A DNA stretch of 64,000 bases, taken from the NCBI RefSeq assembly GCF_041956535.1, contig NW_027192192.1:1215111-1279110 (forward strand), written 5' to 3'. The DNA is from Calcarisporiella thermophila CBS 279.70 (lineage: Eukaryota; Fungi; Calcarisporiellomycota). Under the pieces are notes generated by a model. The model saw only the letters and a program-made list of their open reading frames with translations, was not told where the DNA came from and ran no database searches. Of this stretch, positions 39,533-52,408 are shown piece after piece (position 1 is the first letter of the stretch; each line of letters starts with the position of its first letter). A program made the position numbers and the translations under genes.

Positions 39533-40744
39533 CTAAGCAAAATGCCCTTGGACATACTCTAAAACTTGGGCAGCATTATCCCAGTAGACCACTTGAGCCT
39601 TCAGCAGCTTCCAGGGGTCCTCCACCTTCATCGAGCAGCCCGCGCCATCTTGGAGCAATCGATAGAGCGAGTGGTTCTTCCGACAAAGCAGCGTACCGTT
39701 GTGAAGCTTAGTGGCCGGGCAAAAATCGTTCTAGAGGGGAGAACAGTCACGTCAATGGACGAAAAAACGACGTTTCGCAAAGAGCCAAGGTCGGGGTAAG
39801 GGGCCCCTACTTACCAGCCCATCTCCCAGATAGATCATGCGCGTGAAGTTACCGCGCTCCTTGACATACTCGATTAGCTCCTTTCCTTTGCAGAGATTCA
39901 CCGGGCAAATCGAACAGCCATGGGCGGTGCCATCCTCATATCGACGGACACATAACCGGCCGCTGGCGTCAAAGTGGGCGGGGTTCGTGATAATTTTCGA
40001 GAAATAGTGTGCGATGTTGTAGTGCTAATAGAAAGAGGAGGGAGAGGGGAAGAGGGGGGAACAGGGATTAGCCATGGCTGCCTAGTTCTGAAAACCAAAA
40101 CGGGTCGCAGCTCGAGTCCTCACCTTTAGGATCGTGTCGATATAGAATGTATTGCTGTCCGAGATAATGACCATTTCCACCCCGGCGGTATGGAGGATGT
40201 GGAGGGCTTCTAGCATATCCGGCTCCTACTCAACAGCAATCAATCTCCCCTTAGATGAATGAGCGTGAATGGAGATTGGCCATAGTCTGTATATACCATC
40301 ACCATGAGCTTCAGGGCATTTTCAATGTCGACCTTTGTGATTCCCTGCTCGTGCATCTCGCCCAGCAATTCATGCCTGCAAACGTAAAAACAAGCACGCA
40401 GAGTATCGGCAACTGTCAACATTCAATCGCTCAGAATTAGGCATAATTTTAGACTCAACTGGAGATCGGTCCACTGCACGGTCCCGCTCAATTCTAGCTG
40501 CTTGGCCGCTGAGGCGGGGGAGAGGCTGATAGTCTGCTTGTCGGTATCGCCTTCAACCAGCGACCTAGTACAAGAGAGCAGAAAAGCCCGATTCGGAGGG
40601 TCAGTCTAAGGGTAGGGAAGCAGGAGAACACTCTCGAGATGCAACGAGAATGGGGTCTGCTCCTCACCAGTCGAAATCGAACAGGGCAAGAACACGATGC
40701 GAGGGGGGTTCGATGCCCACCGGACTGGGATTATTGGGCGACAT
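39533..40744 (-). CDS. PHOSPHO1/PHOSPHO2-family HAD phosphatase, multi-exon
   Basis: Motifs LFDFDW|SLVEGDTD, IISDSNTFYIDTIL, CPVNLCKG and YLGDGxNDFCP. Confidence 0.88.
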
Positions 40745-43223
40745 TCTGTACTGAATTTGCACGAAAGAAAAGGGAAGCGAGACGAGGGTTGGAATTTCGA
40801 CCAAAGCAACCGTATGCCTTAACCTCCCATGATTTTGTAATGTAAGGTTTATTTTTCACATTCAGTGCGAATTTCAGAAAGGCTTAGGAAAGACGATGTG
40901 TAAGCAGATTTACTCCTTTTATGCTAAGCAACGTGTTCAAGGCGGGAGTAGGAGGAGGGGGGAGAAGGGAGCGGGCGGAGAAAACGGCCTTTTAAAGCTT
41001 GCCTGGAGTTCAAGGAGTTGCACCTCAGTAATAGATAATGTTCCATATTCATGCGCTCGGAATGGAAAGGAGAATGCACCAGCCAGAGGATGGCGGTTGC
41101 TTCTGAGCCATCCCCATAAGATTGGAGGATATCCGGCAAATGAAAACAATCTCTGATGGGGAGCAGGTATCGTCAAGGGGAGGGATACTTGCGCGCGCCA
41201 CCAGAGGGAATAGAGCTTGTTCTCGTCAGAGGCAACCCATAGAAGATGGATCCAATATATTTGAGAATAACAATACACTTGACAGATGCCACGCGTTTCC
41301 CCCTTACTTGTTTACACTCGCACACTCATAAACTTTCTTCGTCTTTGGGGGAGAGGAGGGGTGGGGCCGGCATTGGGACCCGCCCAGTCTGAATTGAGGA
41401 AAACAGGGTAAAAAAGAACAAGAGTGAAAAATAAAGCCACCAGGCAGCCCCCCCTCGTTGCGCGTTTGATTTGTGACGGCTCGCGGATTCTGTGGAAAAG
41501 GCAATGATTGCATCCCGATTTCCATTCGTCCGACAAAGTCAGTTCAAGGTATCACCATCCGAGTTCTGTTACAAGGGAGGGGATGGGACGAGGTAATTTG
41601 CTAAATGGCACATCTGCGGGAATGAAGACATTGAGCAGGCTCGCACAGCAGGGCAATTCTCTCGCCCATTACATAGCATGCAGGAGGGCCAAGGGAGAAA
41701 TGGAAAAGAAGAGGTTGGAGGGTGGGGGGGGGGGTGATATCATGGAGCACCGTCCTATTCATTAACTTGGTTTAGGATTAATTTCGTGGGCTAGCTGTGG
41801 AAGTGATTTGTGAAGGCTAGCGCCACCCCTAAATAGTATAAACCATTTGAGGCCGATGAGGTGTAGTCGCCCGAATTGCAGACTAGGCAGAGGCAATTAC
41901 GTCAGTCCCAATTAATTTCAATAAATCGCTCTGGCATGGCCCGTTTTGGCTAGACTCGAGCGGATCTAGGTTTGAGAGGGGTTAGAGCTGAACGTGGAGG
42001 GGGGGGGGAGACTATCACAAAGGGGGCGATGGGCCGGATGGCTAGAGGCACACTAACGTCATATCCAGCCGAGGGGATTCATTGTAACATCACGCGAGCT
42101 TAGAGAGGACAGGAGCGTTCTCGGAGATGAGTACATTGTACGAGGAATGCAGTCTCGTGGGCCTGCGCAGCGTACACCAGCCCGAGGGGGAAAAGCGGCG
42201 GGCCGCGGGGAGGCGGTTAGGCGCGGAAGGGGACAAGTGCAGTGCGCGGAGAGCTGGGCGGGTGGGGGAGAAGGAGAGGATAGGAGGGCTAGCTTTCCAG
42301 AGGGCCGGCGGGGGGGAAAACAAGCGCAAGCAAGCGGCGAAAACCTGAAGCTTGCGTGCGCCTCGTACGACGGAATACTGGCAGAAGAAATACAAGGTTT
42401 TATTGCTCTGGGTGGACAGGAGGGGGCTTTTTGTTTATTGTGCGGGAGCTGTGTTTCCCCTGTTTTCGACCCGATTGACCACTTGTCCTCTTGCATCACG
42501 CAACTTGCCTCTCTCAGGCTTTCGAGGAAGAGGTGTCAAAGGCTCCTTAATTAAAAAATGGATTGGCTCCTATCGTGAGGAAGTTTATTTTCCTAAAGCA
42601 TCTCCAAGCGCATCGCATGCTGCATCTCCTTTGACTTATTCGCGTAATATTGGATTTTTTTTAATTTGTCTTGACCATGTCGCCTTGTGACCCCAAGGAC
42701 GTTCTCCACCGCGCACAAGGGCGAGGCCCTCTCTCTCGCCCCTCGCCGCTTCCTCGAGCGGGGCCAAGACCCGGCGCTGGCGCTGGCTCAATCAGGGCCG
42801 CGGGCGGCCAAAGAGGTCTTACTATAATTATATCACCCTTAGTCAAATTTAATAACCATTTAGAATTACAAACCCGCGGGCAAATTCTTGTTTTTTTTTG
42901 CGCGCGTGCATCAGAAAAAAACTAGCCAATTTTTGACAGGCAGCGCAATAAAAAATATTCAGCATGACGAATTCTTAATTCTAACTCGAAGTGAGTTTCC
43001 TCATAAAAGCCCGCCAACTTTCACGCAAAATTTTTTTCTTGCCTATGCAGAAAATCCAATTTTTTCTCCCCCCATCCTCCTAGCGTCTTTTTTTTTTTCT
43101 GTTTCGTTTCAAACCTTCCTCCTGGCTCTCCCCCAACCTGACCTCCCAGCGTGTTCTCTCCTAACGCTCTCCTGCGCCCCCCCGCTCTCTCGCTCTCCCG
43201 CCCCTCCTAGCGCCAGCTGCCCA

Positions 43224-44149
43224 ATGCCTCGTTTAGAAAATCCCAACGCCTACCGCAATTGCAGAGAAGTGACGGAGTACTCCAACAAGCCCGCGGTAAG
43301 GATCCCCCCCTGCTCTGCCATCCGGGCGCAGCCGGAATCGGCGTGTGCATGGAGCTGACCCTCCCCCCCTCCTCTTGCCTTTAGCTTGACTTTGATCTAG
43401 ATGAAGACGGCCACTGGGTGGATGATGATCCAGCCATGAACCAGCTCCAGGTCGAGTTTCAGCGCAAATCAAAATGCCGCATTGCGCGGCCCAAAAAAGA
43501 GGTGAAGCGGAAGCAGGTGCGCTTTCCCCTGGCCAAGCCCGCGCACAAGCCTCGCGACGATTCCCTCATTCCCCGTCTGGTGCGCAAGCGCCCCTTCTGC
43601 GGTCTCTACATGAAGGACTGGCCCGCCTACGAGTTCCGCCGCGACGACAACTTCGTGGTCACCACCGACCCCGGCCAGGTGCAGTTCCACCGCCTCAACG
43701 AATTCCTCCAGAAGCAGGCCTACTGGTCCACGGGCCGCTCCGCCGAAACGATCCTGCGTGCCGCCGAGAACTCGGTCAACCTCTCGCTCATGGAGGTCGT
43801 CAGCGAGAACCCGACCGAGGACAGCGGCTACTCCGAGGACGATACCGGCAGCGCCTCGCCGCTGCTTGAGCCGATGGGCGAATATCGCCAAATCGGCTAC
43901 GCCCGCATCATCACCGACTTCGCCACCTTCGCCTATGTTGCGGACGTGTTCCTCCTGCCGCAATACCGCGGGCGCGGCCTCGGCGGGTGGATGATCGAGT
44001 GCGCGCTCGCGATCCCGGAGGTGCAAGGACTGAAGCGGTGGTGCCTGCGCACCCAGTTCAAAAAACAATTCTATGCGCGCTACGGCTTTGCCGACGCCAA
44101 AAACGCTGACCATCTGATGGAGTACTATCCGGTCGACGGCACAAACTAG
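43224..44149 (+). CDS. GNAT acetyltransferase (bacterial-like subfamily) with N-terminal extension, 1 intron (43296-43384)
   Basis: Motifs VTTDP...AYWSTGRS...QIGYARIITDFATFAYVADVFLLPQYRGRGLGGWM...FYARYGF. Confidence 0.85.
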
Positions 44150-45225
44150 CCCAGTGCGTGCCCTTCCCCCTCTCCCTTCCCCCCAAAAAAGAGCATCCCT
44201 CTTCCCCTCTTGTAATGCCCGTCGTTGATCGACGAGCAGTAATATGTTTGCAATTTATAATATCTGCAATTCACATCTTGCATTCTCTAAAATACCCTTG
44301 TTTTTCTTTGTTTTTTTCGCCTTTCTCCTATATATATAGTATCCTCTACATATCTATACATTATATATACAGTTTACTAAAAATGCTTAGAAAAAAAATG
44401 AAAAAAAAGTTTTAAATAGGCCTATTCTTATTCTTATTTTCTTACTTTTCTTACTTTTTCTTATACATAATTTGGCTCCATTGCGCTTGTTTCGATGTTA
44501 TTTCACCCTGTTTTCTGCCTTGACACTTTTTCCTTCCCCCCCCCCCCTTTTTTTTCCCTCTCCTCGCTGTTTGTTTTCTCCCCCTCCCCCCATCTTTGCG
44601 ACCGGTTCGCACCTCTGCCCATGCCGGGCGGAGGACAAAAATAAAGAAATTTGGCATTTGTTCCAAATCCATTGACTCAGTTGACAGGTTTTCTCACATG
44701 GATGCATGCGGTCCATCTAACCCCTTCATTCCTCGCTACTTGTCTACACCCTCTCTTCCCCCCCCCCCCCAACAATTTTGCAGGCCTTCTTCCATTAGGG
44801 TAATATTGCCAGTTTGGCTGCATGGAGTTCCTACAGGACGACGTGACATGGCGAGAGCCTCTTTTGGTATATGAAAAAGCAAACAAGGGGATAAGGAGAG
44901 CTTAAGCATTATTTGGATTTCATGACCAGGCTGGGCAAAAAGCTGCACGGATCGGAAAATTGGATCCATGTAAGGAGGTGTGGGAATCGGGAAGTGTGAA
45001 ATGAAAAACGATCCGGCGAGTGATGAAAAAAAAGGAGATTCCTCAGTTAATTAATCCCAAAATAAACCTTACCTGTTGTCCTTGTTGCTAAAGCTGGGTT
45101 CACTACGACAACTTTGACTAGCAGAGGTTGGAGCAAGTTACGGAGAACGCTGGCCGCTAAACCAAGCCTCGAGATAGAGGGTGACAAAAGGCGTAGAAAG
45201 TCGGCTCTTGTACTTGGAATCTATA

Positions 45226-45439
45226 GGGAAAAGCTAGTGGGTGTAATATAACAAAACCAGCATGCCTTGGCATGGTTGAATCCCCTCTTCTAAGTCCTGT
45301 GGAGGTCACCTTTGGGTGACTGTTTAGTGAATAGTCACAAAACAGTCGATCGAGTTGGTATTTCTTGAGGATAGCCTCGAGAAATAGCAACTCGATCGAA
45401 AGCGAAGGAACATTGAGAACAACGGGACTACGTTTTCCC
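45226..45439 (+). ncRNA. Candidate structured non-coding RNA (identity unknown)
   Basis: Terminal complementarity between 45226-45238 and 45427-45439. A 25-bp stem/4-nt loop at 45346-45399 plus further hairpins. G-U pairs favour the + strand. Confidence 0.35.
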
Positions 45440-45692
45440 ATCCGGTACCATTTCGCTTAATAATACTCGAAAATTTTGCTTGGCCCTACTGATAATCACT
45501 GACTTACCCCCGCCCTCCTTCGATCAATGAAGACAGGGCCCGCTTGTCGGCCGCGAGCTCAGTTCAATTTGGCCGTTACTATATATATTACCTCCTAATC
45601 TAAATCTCCAAAAAGGGGCCCTCAAGAGCTTTCCAGCCTTCGCTCACTTATTATTATATTATATTATATTCCCTCTCTTATCAATATTCGCC

Positions 45693-46955
45693 ATGGCACC
45701 CCCACTTCGCACTGCTGTCATCGGAACCGGTAAGGAAACCCCCTAGCATTGGAAAATGCTGGCAGGCCATTTCAATGGTTGGTTGAACTTTTGAATTCGA
45801 ATTCTTTTTTTTTTGGTTTTGTCCTAGGCATTTTCTCGCGTAAGAGACATCTCCCTGCATTTGAAAAGCAGAGAGACAAGTTCCAGATCGTCGCCTGCTG
45901 CAATCGCTCGAGGGAGAAGGCGGAGATATTCGCGGATGAGGTATGAGGCTATTTGGAGGGGGGGGAGGTCCAGCTGGCTTTTCTACTGACACTGGAGCTC
46001 TAGGCGAAAATTTCACACGAGCACATTCATTCCGGTTTGGACGGCCTGCTCAAGAGTGAACCCGAGGTCGAGGCATTGGATGTCATCCTGCCCCCCACCG
46101 ATAATCTTGCCGCAACCAAGGCCGCTCTGTCCAGCGGCAAGCACATTGTGCTTGAGAAACCCATTGCTCATTCGATCGAAGACGCGCGGGAAATCGTGCG
46201 GCTCGCGGAATCTTCGGAGAAGGTCGTCATGATTGCGGAGAATTTTGTGCATCGCAAGTATGTTAGAGAGATGAAGGCGTTTATCGAGGATGGACATCTC
46301 GGCGAGGTAGATGCAATGCATTGTGAATTCACCCCGGCGGCGCCGCTAATTCCCCTCCCCTCTTCCCCCCTCTTCACCCTCTGTTCTTGAACACTAGGTC
46401 GTCACGTTTATCATGACAGCCGTCCGCCCCTATAACCCTGAGAGCCCCTACGTGAAAACAGCCTGGCGCGCCAATCCCGCGCACCCCGGCGGCTTTCTCT
46501 CGGATGCCGGTGTGCACGACATGGGGCTCCTCACGGCCGTGCTTGGGCAGGTCACCTCGGCGAGTGCAGCGACCCGCCAACAATATGAGATCCACGGCGC
46601 GGACGACACTCTGACCGCCACCCTCCGCCTCGCCAGTGGCGCGGTCGGGAGCTACATTTCCACAGTGGCGGCCACCACAGGGTCGTTCCGCATGGAAATT
46701 TTCGGAACCAAGGCCACCCTCCGGCTGGTCGAGGGGCTTGTCACTGTCGAGGACAAGCAGGGCAAGCGGGAGCTGTGCTTCATGGCGCCCGATGAGGACG
46801 ATGTGGAGGCGGAGATGGTCGATTTCTATGCCGCAGTGCGCGAGGGGAAGAAGCTGACGTGCACCCCTCGCGACACATTCCATCACCTGGCCGTCATCAT
46901 CGCGGCGCTTCAGAGCGCGGAGAGCGGCCGGGAGGAGAAGGTGATGGAGCCTTGA
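45693..46955 (+). CDS. Gfo/Idh/MocA-family oxidoreductase, multi-exon
   Basis: Motifs AVIGTG|IFS, GKHIVLEKPIA, IAENF and GGFLSDAGVH. Confidence 0.9.
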
Positions 46956-47324
46956 GAAGGAGAAAAGGGAGGAGAAGAGGGGGGAGGGGGGCGCAAGTAC
47001 ATTTTGTATTAGGATTTATTTTTCTCTCTTGAATATGATAAAAACAACAGTAGGATAATCGAATGATGGGGTGGCATTTTGGTGGTATGGAAGGAGTGTA
47101 TGAAAGAAAAAAAAATAATAAAAAATTAAAAAAGATCAAGATCCAGATATATATATATTCGAGGGCAACAAAGGGGGGGGGGGGAGAGCAACAGGAGATG
47201 AAAAACGGGGGAGATGGGGGGGGGGGGGGTAGAGACAAGTTTTTGTTCCATGGTGGAGCTCTTCTCTCCCTTCTATCCCATCCTCTGCCTCAGTTTGCCA
47301 TCTCTTGAACCCCCCCCCATCCAA

Positions 47325-48913
47325 CTACAACAACCCACAATCACGCAGTGAGGATTGAACGACGATATCGTTGACCGAGTTCATCACAAAGGTGACTTGC
47401 TGCGTATCCGTGGCGCATGTGAAGTGGGTATAGATCTACGCGGGGAAAAGGGAAAGGAGATGAAGAGGTTCAGATGAAAGGGGGAGGAGGGGGCGGTTTG
47501 TTAAGGAAAGACATGACGCACCTGCTTAGTCTCTGACTGGTTTAGCGATACAAACTTTTCGAGGAAGAATTCGCACGCGGAATCAAAGTCGTTCGAGCCT
47601 AACCATCCAGCCACGTATAGGATAGCGGTCACTAAAAACAATCAACAGGGACAGGGCGGATGCAATTGCCTACCTTGATATTCAGGGAAATATTTGTTTA
47701 GCGGGGATCGGGGCAACTTCTCGCGGAACAAGTCCGTCTTGTTCAAAAAGAGCACGATGTTCGTGTTGACAAACCACCTGAACATGGGGTTGGAATAGAG
47801 ATTGGGTATTCAGGGTGGGTTGTATTAGATTCGAGGGGGAGCAACGTACCTAGAATTGCATATCGAGTCAAAGAGGGTCAAGGACTCCTGCATACGGTTG
47901 ACGGTCTCGTCTTCGCGCAGTTGCTGATCATACTCCGAGATGGCCACAAGAAAGAGAAGAGCCGTCACGTTCTCGAAGCAGTGGATCCACTTTTTACGCT
48001 CGCTCCGTTGACCTCCGACGTCGAACAGGCGGTAGGTGATGTCGCCAACTTGGAAGGTGGATTCTGGTCAAAAAGAAAAGCCAAAGAAGAGATGAGTTCA
48101 GCGACGTTAACGCGGGGTGTAGTGGTCTCGAAAAAACCAGCCGCGATACCATACCAGTTATTCCAGTGGTTTTAACGCGGGAACGTAAAACGTCTTGGTC
48201 GGTGGGCAAATAGTCGGGCTGTGCGATACGATCGATGGCATCAAAATAGCTTCAACATAGTAGATCATCAGCAATATTGCACAATGTCCCCCTCCTCCCT
48301 GCTCCTCTTCCTCTCTCCATCCGAGTGGATAAGACACAAAAAGAGTGTAGAAGGGGAGGAGAGGGGGCGTGGATGAGTACTCACTATTTAGCCGAATCGT
48401 TGAGCTGGAACTCTCTGCTGCGGTCTACGCAAGCACGCACCTTCTCGTCATTGAACCACAGCTCCTTGCAAGCCGCCGCGATATCGGACGGCAACCGATC
48501 GCCTTCAAAGTTGGTGGGTGCAGATAGAATGACCTGCGCGTGGTGCTTGTTTGCATCGGCGAGCTGCAGGCCCATGCCATCCATGGCGTTCAAAACGGCA
48601 ACCATGGACTGGATGATGTTGGAGAACACGATCTCACGGTAGGATTCTTTTTCGTCCCGCGTGTACGACCCATCATGGATAAGCTTCATCTGCTTGAGAA
48701 TGGTGGATTTTCCGGACTCACCGGCACCTACGGGAGGGGAGAAGGGGTTAGCAAGCGGGGGAGGAGAGGGCTTAAGGGCGACCGTGCTCTCGTACCTAGG
48801 AGGAGCATCTTTATCTCCTTTCTCAGGTTCAGGCGGTCGTTCTTTAGCTGCTCCTCTATTTCCTTGTTTCGGCGGGAGCTCTCTTTCTCCTCAACGCTCT
48901 GGCAACAACCCAT
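47325..48913 (-). CDS. Heterotrimeric G protein alpha subunit (group I / Gi-like), multi-exon
   Basis: MGCCQS myristoylation/palmitoylation N-terminus. Motifs [34 protein letters not shown] and TCATDT, with C-terminal LRDCGLL. Confidence 0.95.
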
Positions 48914-50026
48914 GCTGAATGCTGAAGGTGCGGGATGAAGGAATGTGCAAGGTAACCTAAAGAAAGGGGTCGACTAAAGGCGCATGGTTAGGCAGGCCAA
49001 GAAGCAATGGCTCTTCCGAGCCCCGATGGGCTCCCGCCCTTCTACATACCTAATGAGAAGAGACGAGGCGATGGGGATGGATGGGCACTTTGCGGAATTA
49101 TAAGCGAGAAGATATGAAGCGCGGAGAGAAAAAGGAGGAGCAAAAGGGGCATTGTGGGAGCGCGGAGGACAGATCTTGCTTTTGCTCAGGTTAAAGGGAA
49201 CCGGCGGGAGAACAAGTTTTCTTCATGTTATCAACAACCGTTTTTCATTAAATTCTCATGCATTAGAGCGAATGCCCTCTCCCAGATGCAGCTCTGCTTC
49301 TCCGACGCGAATAGTTCCTGGAAGGAGCCTAGATGCAGCATGAGACGCATTGGTTAGCCTGATCAAGTTGAGGAAGCTTTTGGGAGGCGGTTAAGGTTGT
49401 TGGCCCTGACCGGTTTCCCCGCCGCCTTCTCCTCTCGCCCCCTTAGGCCAATCTAGTTTTTTTTTTTCCAGCGCAATCAAGATTCTCCCTTGCTTCTTTG
49501 TTTGCCGCGGAGGGGCTCGATTCGCCTAATGGCCGCTGCTACTCTCCGGCCTCGTGTCCCATCGCAACGCTCAAGCACGAAAAGATTCGGCCTTTGCCAT
49601 TTCGTCACACCCAATCCGGAATAATTGAATCGAGTCGGCTGCATTCCCCTCGCCATACTTCGCCGAACACCCGACCGCCGCAGGAGCGTCGAGCCCGATT
49701 AAGGAAGCACAACACGTATTGCTAGCCGCCGTGGCCTCTTCTAAGCGACCATCAGAGGACGACGGCCACCTCACTTCCCCGGAATCCAACCAAGTGTGGA
49801 TGCAGCTGAAAAACAAAAACTTGTGCTGACTTCAATACGTTCTCAGGCGGCTAATCGACTCTCCTATAAGTCGCACTTGTCCGCTCATCTTTCTCAAAGA
49901 GAATTATGTAATTTCCCGGGCAAGTTGCGTGGGAGTGTGTGTCAAAGCTGCACGCCTGCAGGCTTAATTAAGCTGCGTGTTGAGTGTGCTGTAGGTACCA
50001 AGAGTGTGTTTTTTTTTTCATTTTAA

Positions 50027-50065
50027 TTCATCTATTTCATCTATTTCATCTATTTCATCTATTTC
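50027..50065 (+). repeat. 9-bp tandem repeat (TTCATCTAT) x4.3
   Basis: Directly visible perfect repeat. Confidence 0.9.
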
Positions 50066-50403
50066 GCTCGGTCGTCGAAGATGCTGTAGATCCGTCCATA
50101 TCTCCGAGAGTATCTGTCGACTGGAGATTCTCACCCCAACACACTCTCTCTTCATATGGACGTACATATCTGGTTTTTTTCTTCAAATTGAATTCACCCC
50201 GATTTAGACGACTTCCGTGGTACATCGAAATTACGTTTAATATTCTCTCTCTGCTTTGAACAATTTCTAAACTTTTTTTTTACTGTAAAACTAGCGGGGC
50301 AATTTCACAGCAGATTTATTTTCAAACGGCCAACATAACAACCACCGGGGCGAGAGAAGCATCGATATGCTATTAGCACACACACCTCCTACCAGTAGGA
50401 TGC

Positions 50404-51945
50404 TTAGTTGTCGATAAATCGCATATCCGCGGGGCGGTAGCGGTCTCCATGAACGCCAACGCTATTTATCAAGCCTCGAATCTTCTCGAGATCGTCTTGC
50501 GTTAATTTAACGTGGATGGAATTCTAAGAGACAGAGAGGAGGGCAGAGGGAAGAGAAGAGGTGAGCCCGCTTTCCAGTTGCGGCTAGACGTTTTCAAGAC
50601 TTACCAGGTTCTCCTCCAGTCGACTCAAGCGTCTCGTTCCTGGAATCGGGATAATATCCTTGCCCTACCATCCATGAAGCAGAACGTTAAAGTGGGTGCT
50701 TCCCACCCCATATTCATAGGGGCGTATTAATATAAATAGACATCGCATACCTGTGCCAGCACCCAAGCAATACATAGCTGAGCGGGCGTGCAGCCTTTCT
50801 GTTTTGCCAGATCTTCCACGACTTTGGCAAGCTTCAGGTTGTTTTCAAAGTTTTCGCCTTGGAATCGAGGATTGTGTCGGCGCCAATCTCCTTCCTGCAA
50901 TTCGCTGACGCTTTTGACCGATCCTGTGAGGAAGCCTCGCCCAAGGGGAGAGTAGGCCACCACGGTTATTCCAAGCTCACGGCAAGCTTCGAGGAGGCCA
51001 TTGGTCTCGATATCCGTGGTCCAGAGGGCTAAGGAAGAGAGACAGCGCATTAATGGGGCGAGCTTTTGTCTTCTAAGCGACTCCGGTGGAAGTGAGAGGT
51101 TCAAGCTTACAGTATTCCACCTGCACCGCAGTGATGGGGTGAACTTTGTGCGCACGCCTAAGTGTCTCCGCACTACACTCCGACAGTCCTATGTATCGCA
51201 CTTTGCCTTCCTTGACCAGTTCCGCCATAGCACGCACTGTCTCCTCGATAGGGCTAGAGTGAGAAGGGCAGTCAATAGGCGTCATTTTTTTGTTGTTTCG
51301 CGTTAGCTAGTATCGGGGGATGCTTACGTGTTTGCATCCACTCGGTGTTGATAGTAAAGGTCAATATAGTCGACGTCAAGCCGTTCTAGAGACTTTTTGC
51401 AGGCCTCTTTTACGTATTCAGGGGTGCCGCAGATAGAGCGTGCCATAGGATCTTTGGGATCCGTGCAGAACCCGAATTTGGTGCAAAGGAAGACCTCTTT
51501 GCGTCTTTCTTTGAGCACGCGCGAAAGCAGTTTCTCATTATGGCCTCGGCCATAGAGATCTGTAGTGTCAACACAAGGCAGTCTTTAGTGTGAATTTTAC
51601 ACTTGGGCTTTAGCTGAGCGCGTCTTGGGGATGGTCGACATCCAGGCTCGCAAATGGAAAGGCAAAGGGAAAGGGAAAATGAGTCCTTACCAGCTGTGTC
51701 CCAGAAGTTAACCCCGAGGTCGAGGGCGCGGTTCAGAGTTTCGACACTGTGCTCATCGTCCACGGAACCTCCATACGTCGGAGACATGGTCATACATCCA
51801 AGACCTTCCATTCGCAACAGCACAATGAAAAAGATTGCTTAGAATTACATGGACGTCTGCAAGAGTACGAATGGGATAATAATGAGATACCAATTACGGA
51901 GACTTCCTCCTTCGTATTCCCTAGAATTGTGCGTGGAATGGGCAT
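50404..51945 (-). CDS. Aldo-keto reductase (YakC-like), multi-exon
   Basis: Motifs [51 protein letters not shown] and IPIPGT. Confidence 0.93.
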
Positions 51946-52408
51946 TTTGTCCTTTGGTTTAGCTTCACAACGTGTGTAGGAGATGTGCAGCACGTGAGAA
52001 AAAAAAAGGGACCAAGAGATATAAACTCGTGCGAAGTCGAGCTCGGAAGTGGAGATAAAAGATTACTTTCGAGAAAAATGTGGCGAGAAACTCATTACGT
52101 GTCTCTTTGGATTTGAGCTACTTTTGGAAATATGACGGAATACCCGAATGCGAGCACCAAGGCGTTAGGCCCAAATGGCCTGTGGGTGTTCGGCACTGAA
52201 TTAGTGGATTAATATTAGATACTAACAGAGAGAAATAAATCAAGCAAGAACTCACAGTAGAACAATGATGGCGGGGGAGGGGGGGGGGGGAAGGGGACGA
52301 AAATAATGATAAAGATGATAAAATGCAAATTGTATGTACAAGGATCGTCCTCTCAAGTGCAATAAATTAGGTCGGGGGGGGGGGGGGAGAGAGAACAACA
52401 ACATAGGG

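Noticed and set aside
40700-40722. GGTTCGATGCCC resembling a tRNA T-arm
   Set aside because: It lies antisense within a phosphatase coding exon and no cloverleaf can be built.
40900-43200. Many overlapping 60-156 aa ORFs in the GC-rich intergenic region
   Set aside because: Low-complexity G/P/R-rich translations in all frames with no consistent splice structure. Most likely promoter/UTR DNA between divergent genes.
43469-44113. 214-aa antisense ORF over the GNAT gene
   Set aside because: Codon-bias shadow ORF.
50027-50065. Short repeat considered as CRISPR-like or telomeric
   Set aside because: It is a simple contiguous 9-bp minisatellite with no spacers and no telomere motif.
39533-51945. 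Possible vitamin B6 salvage cluster (PHOSPHO2-like phosphatase plus YakC-like aldo-keto reductase)
   Set aside because: The genes are ~10 kb apart with unrelated genes between them, and substrate specificity cannot be read from sequence.
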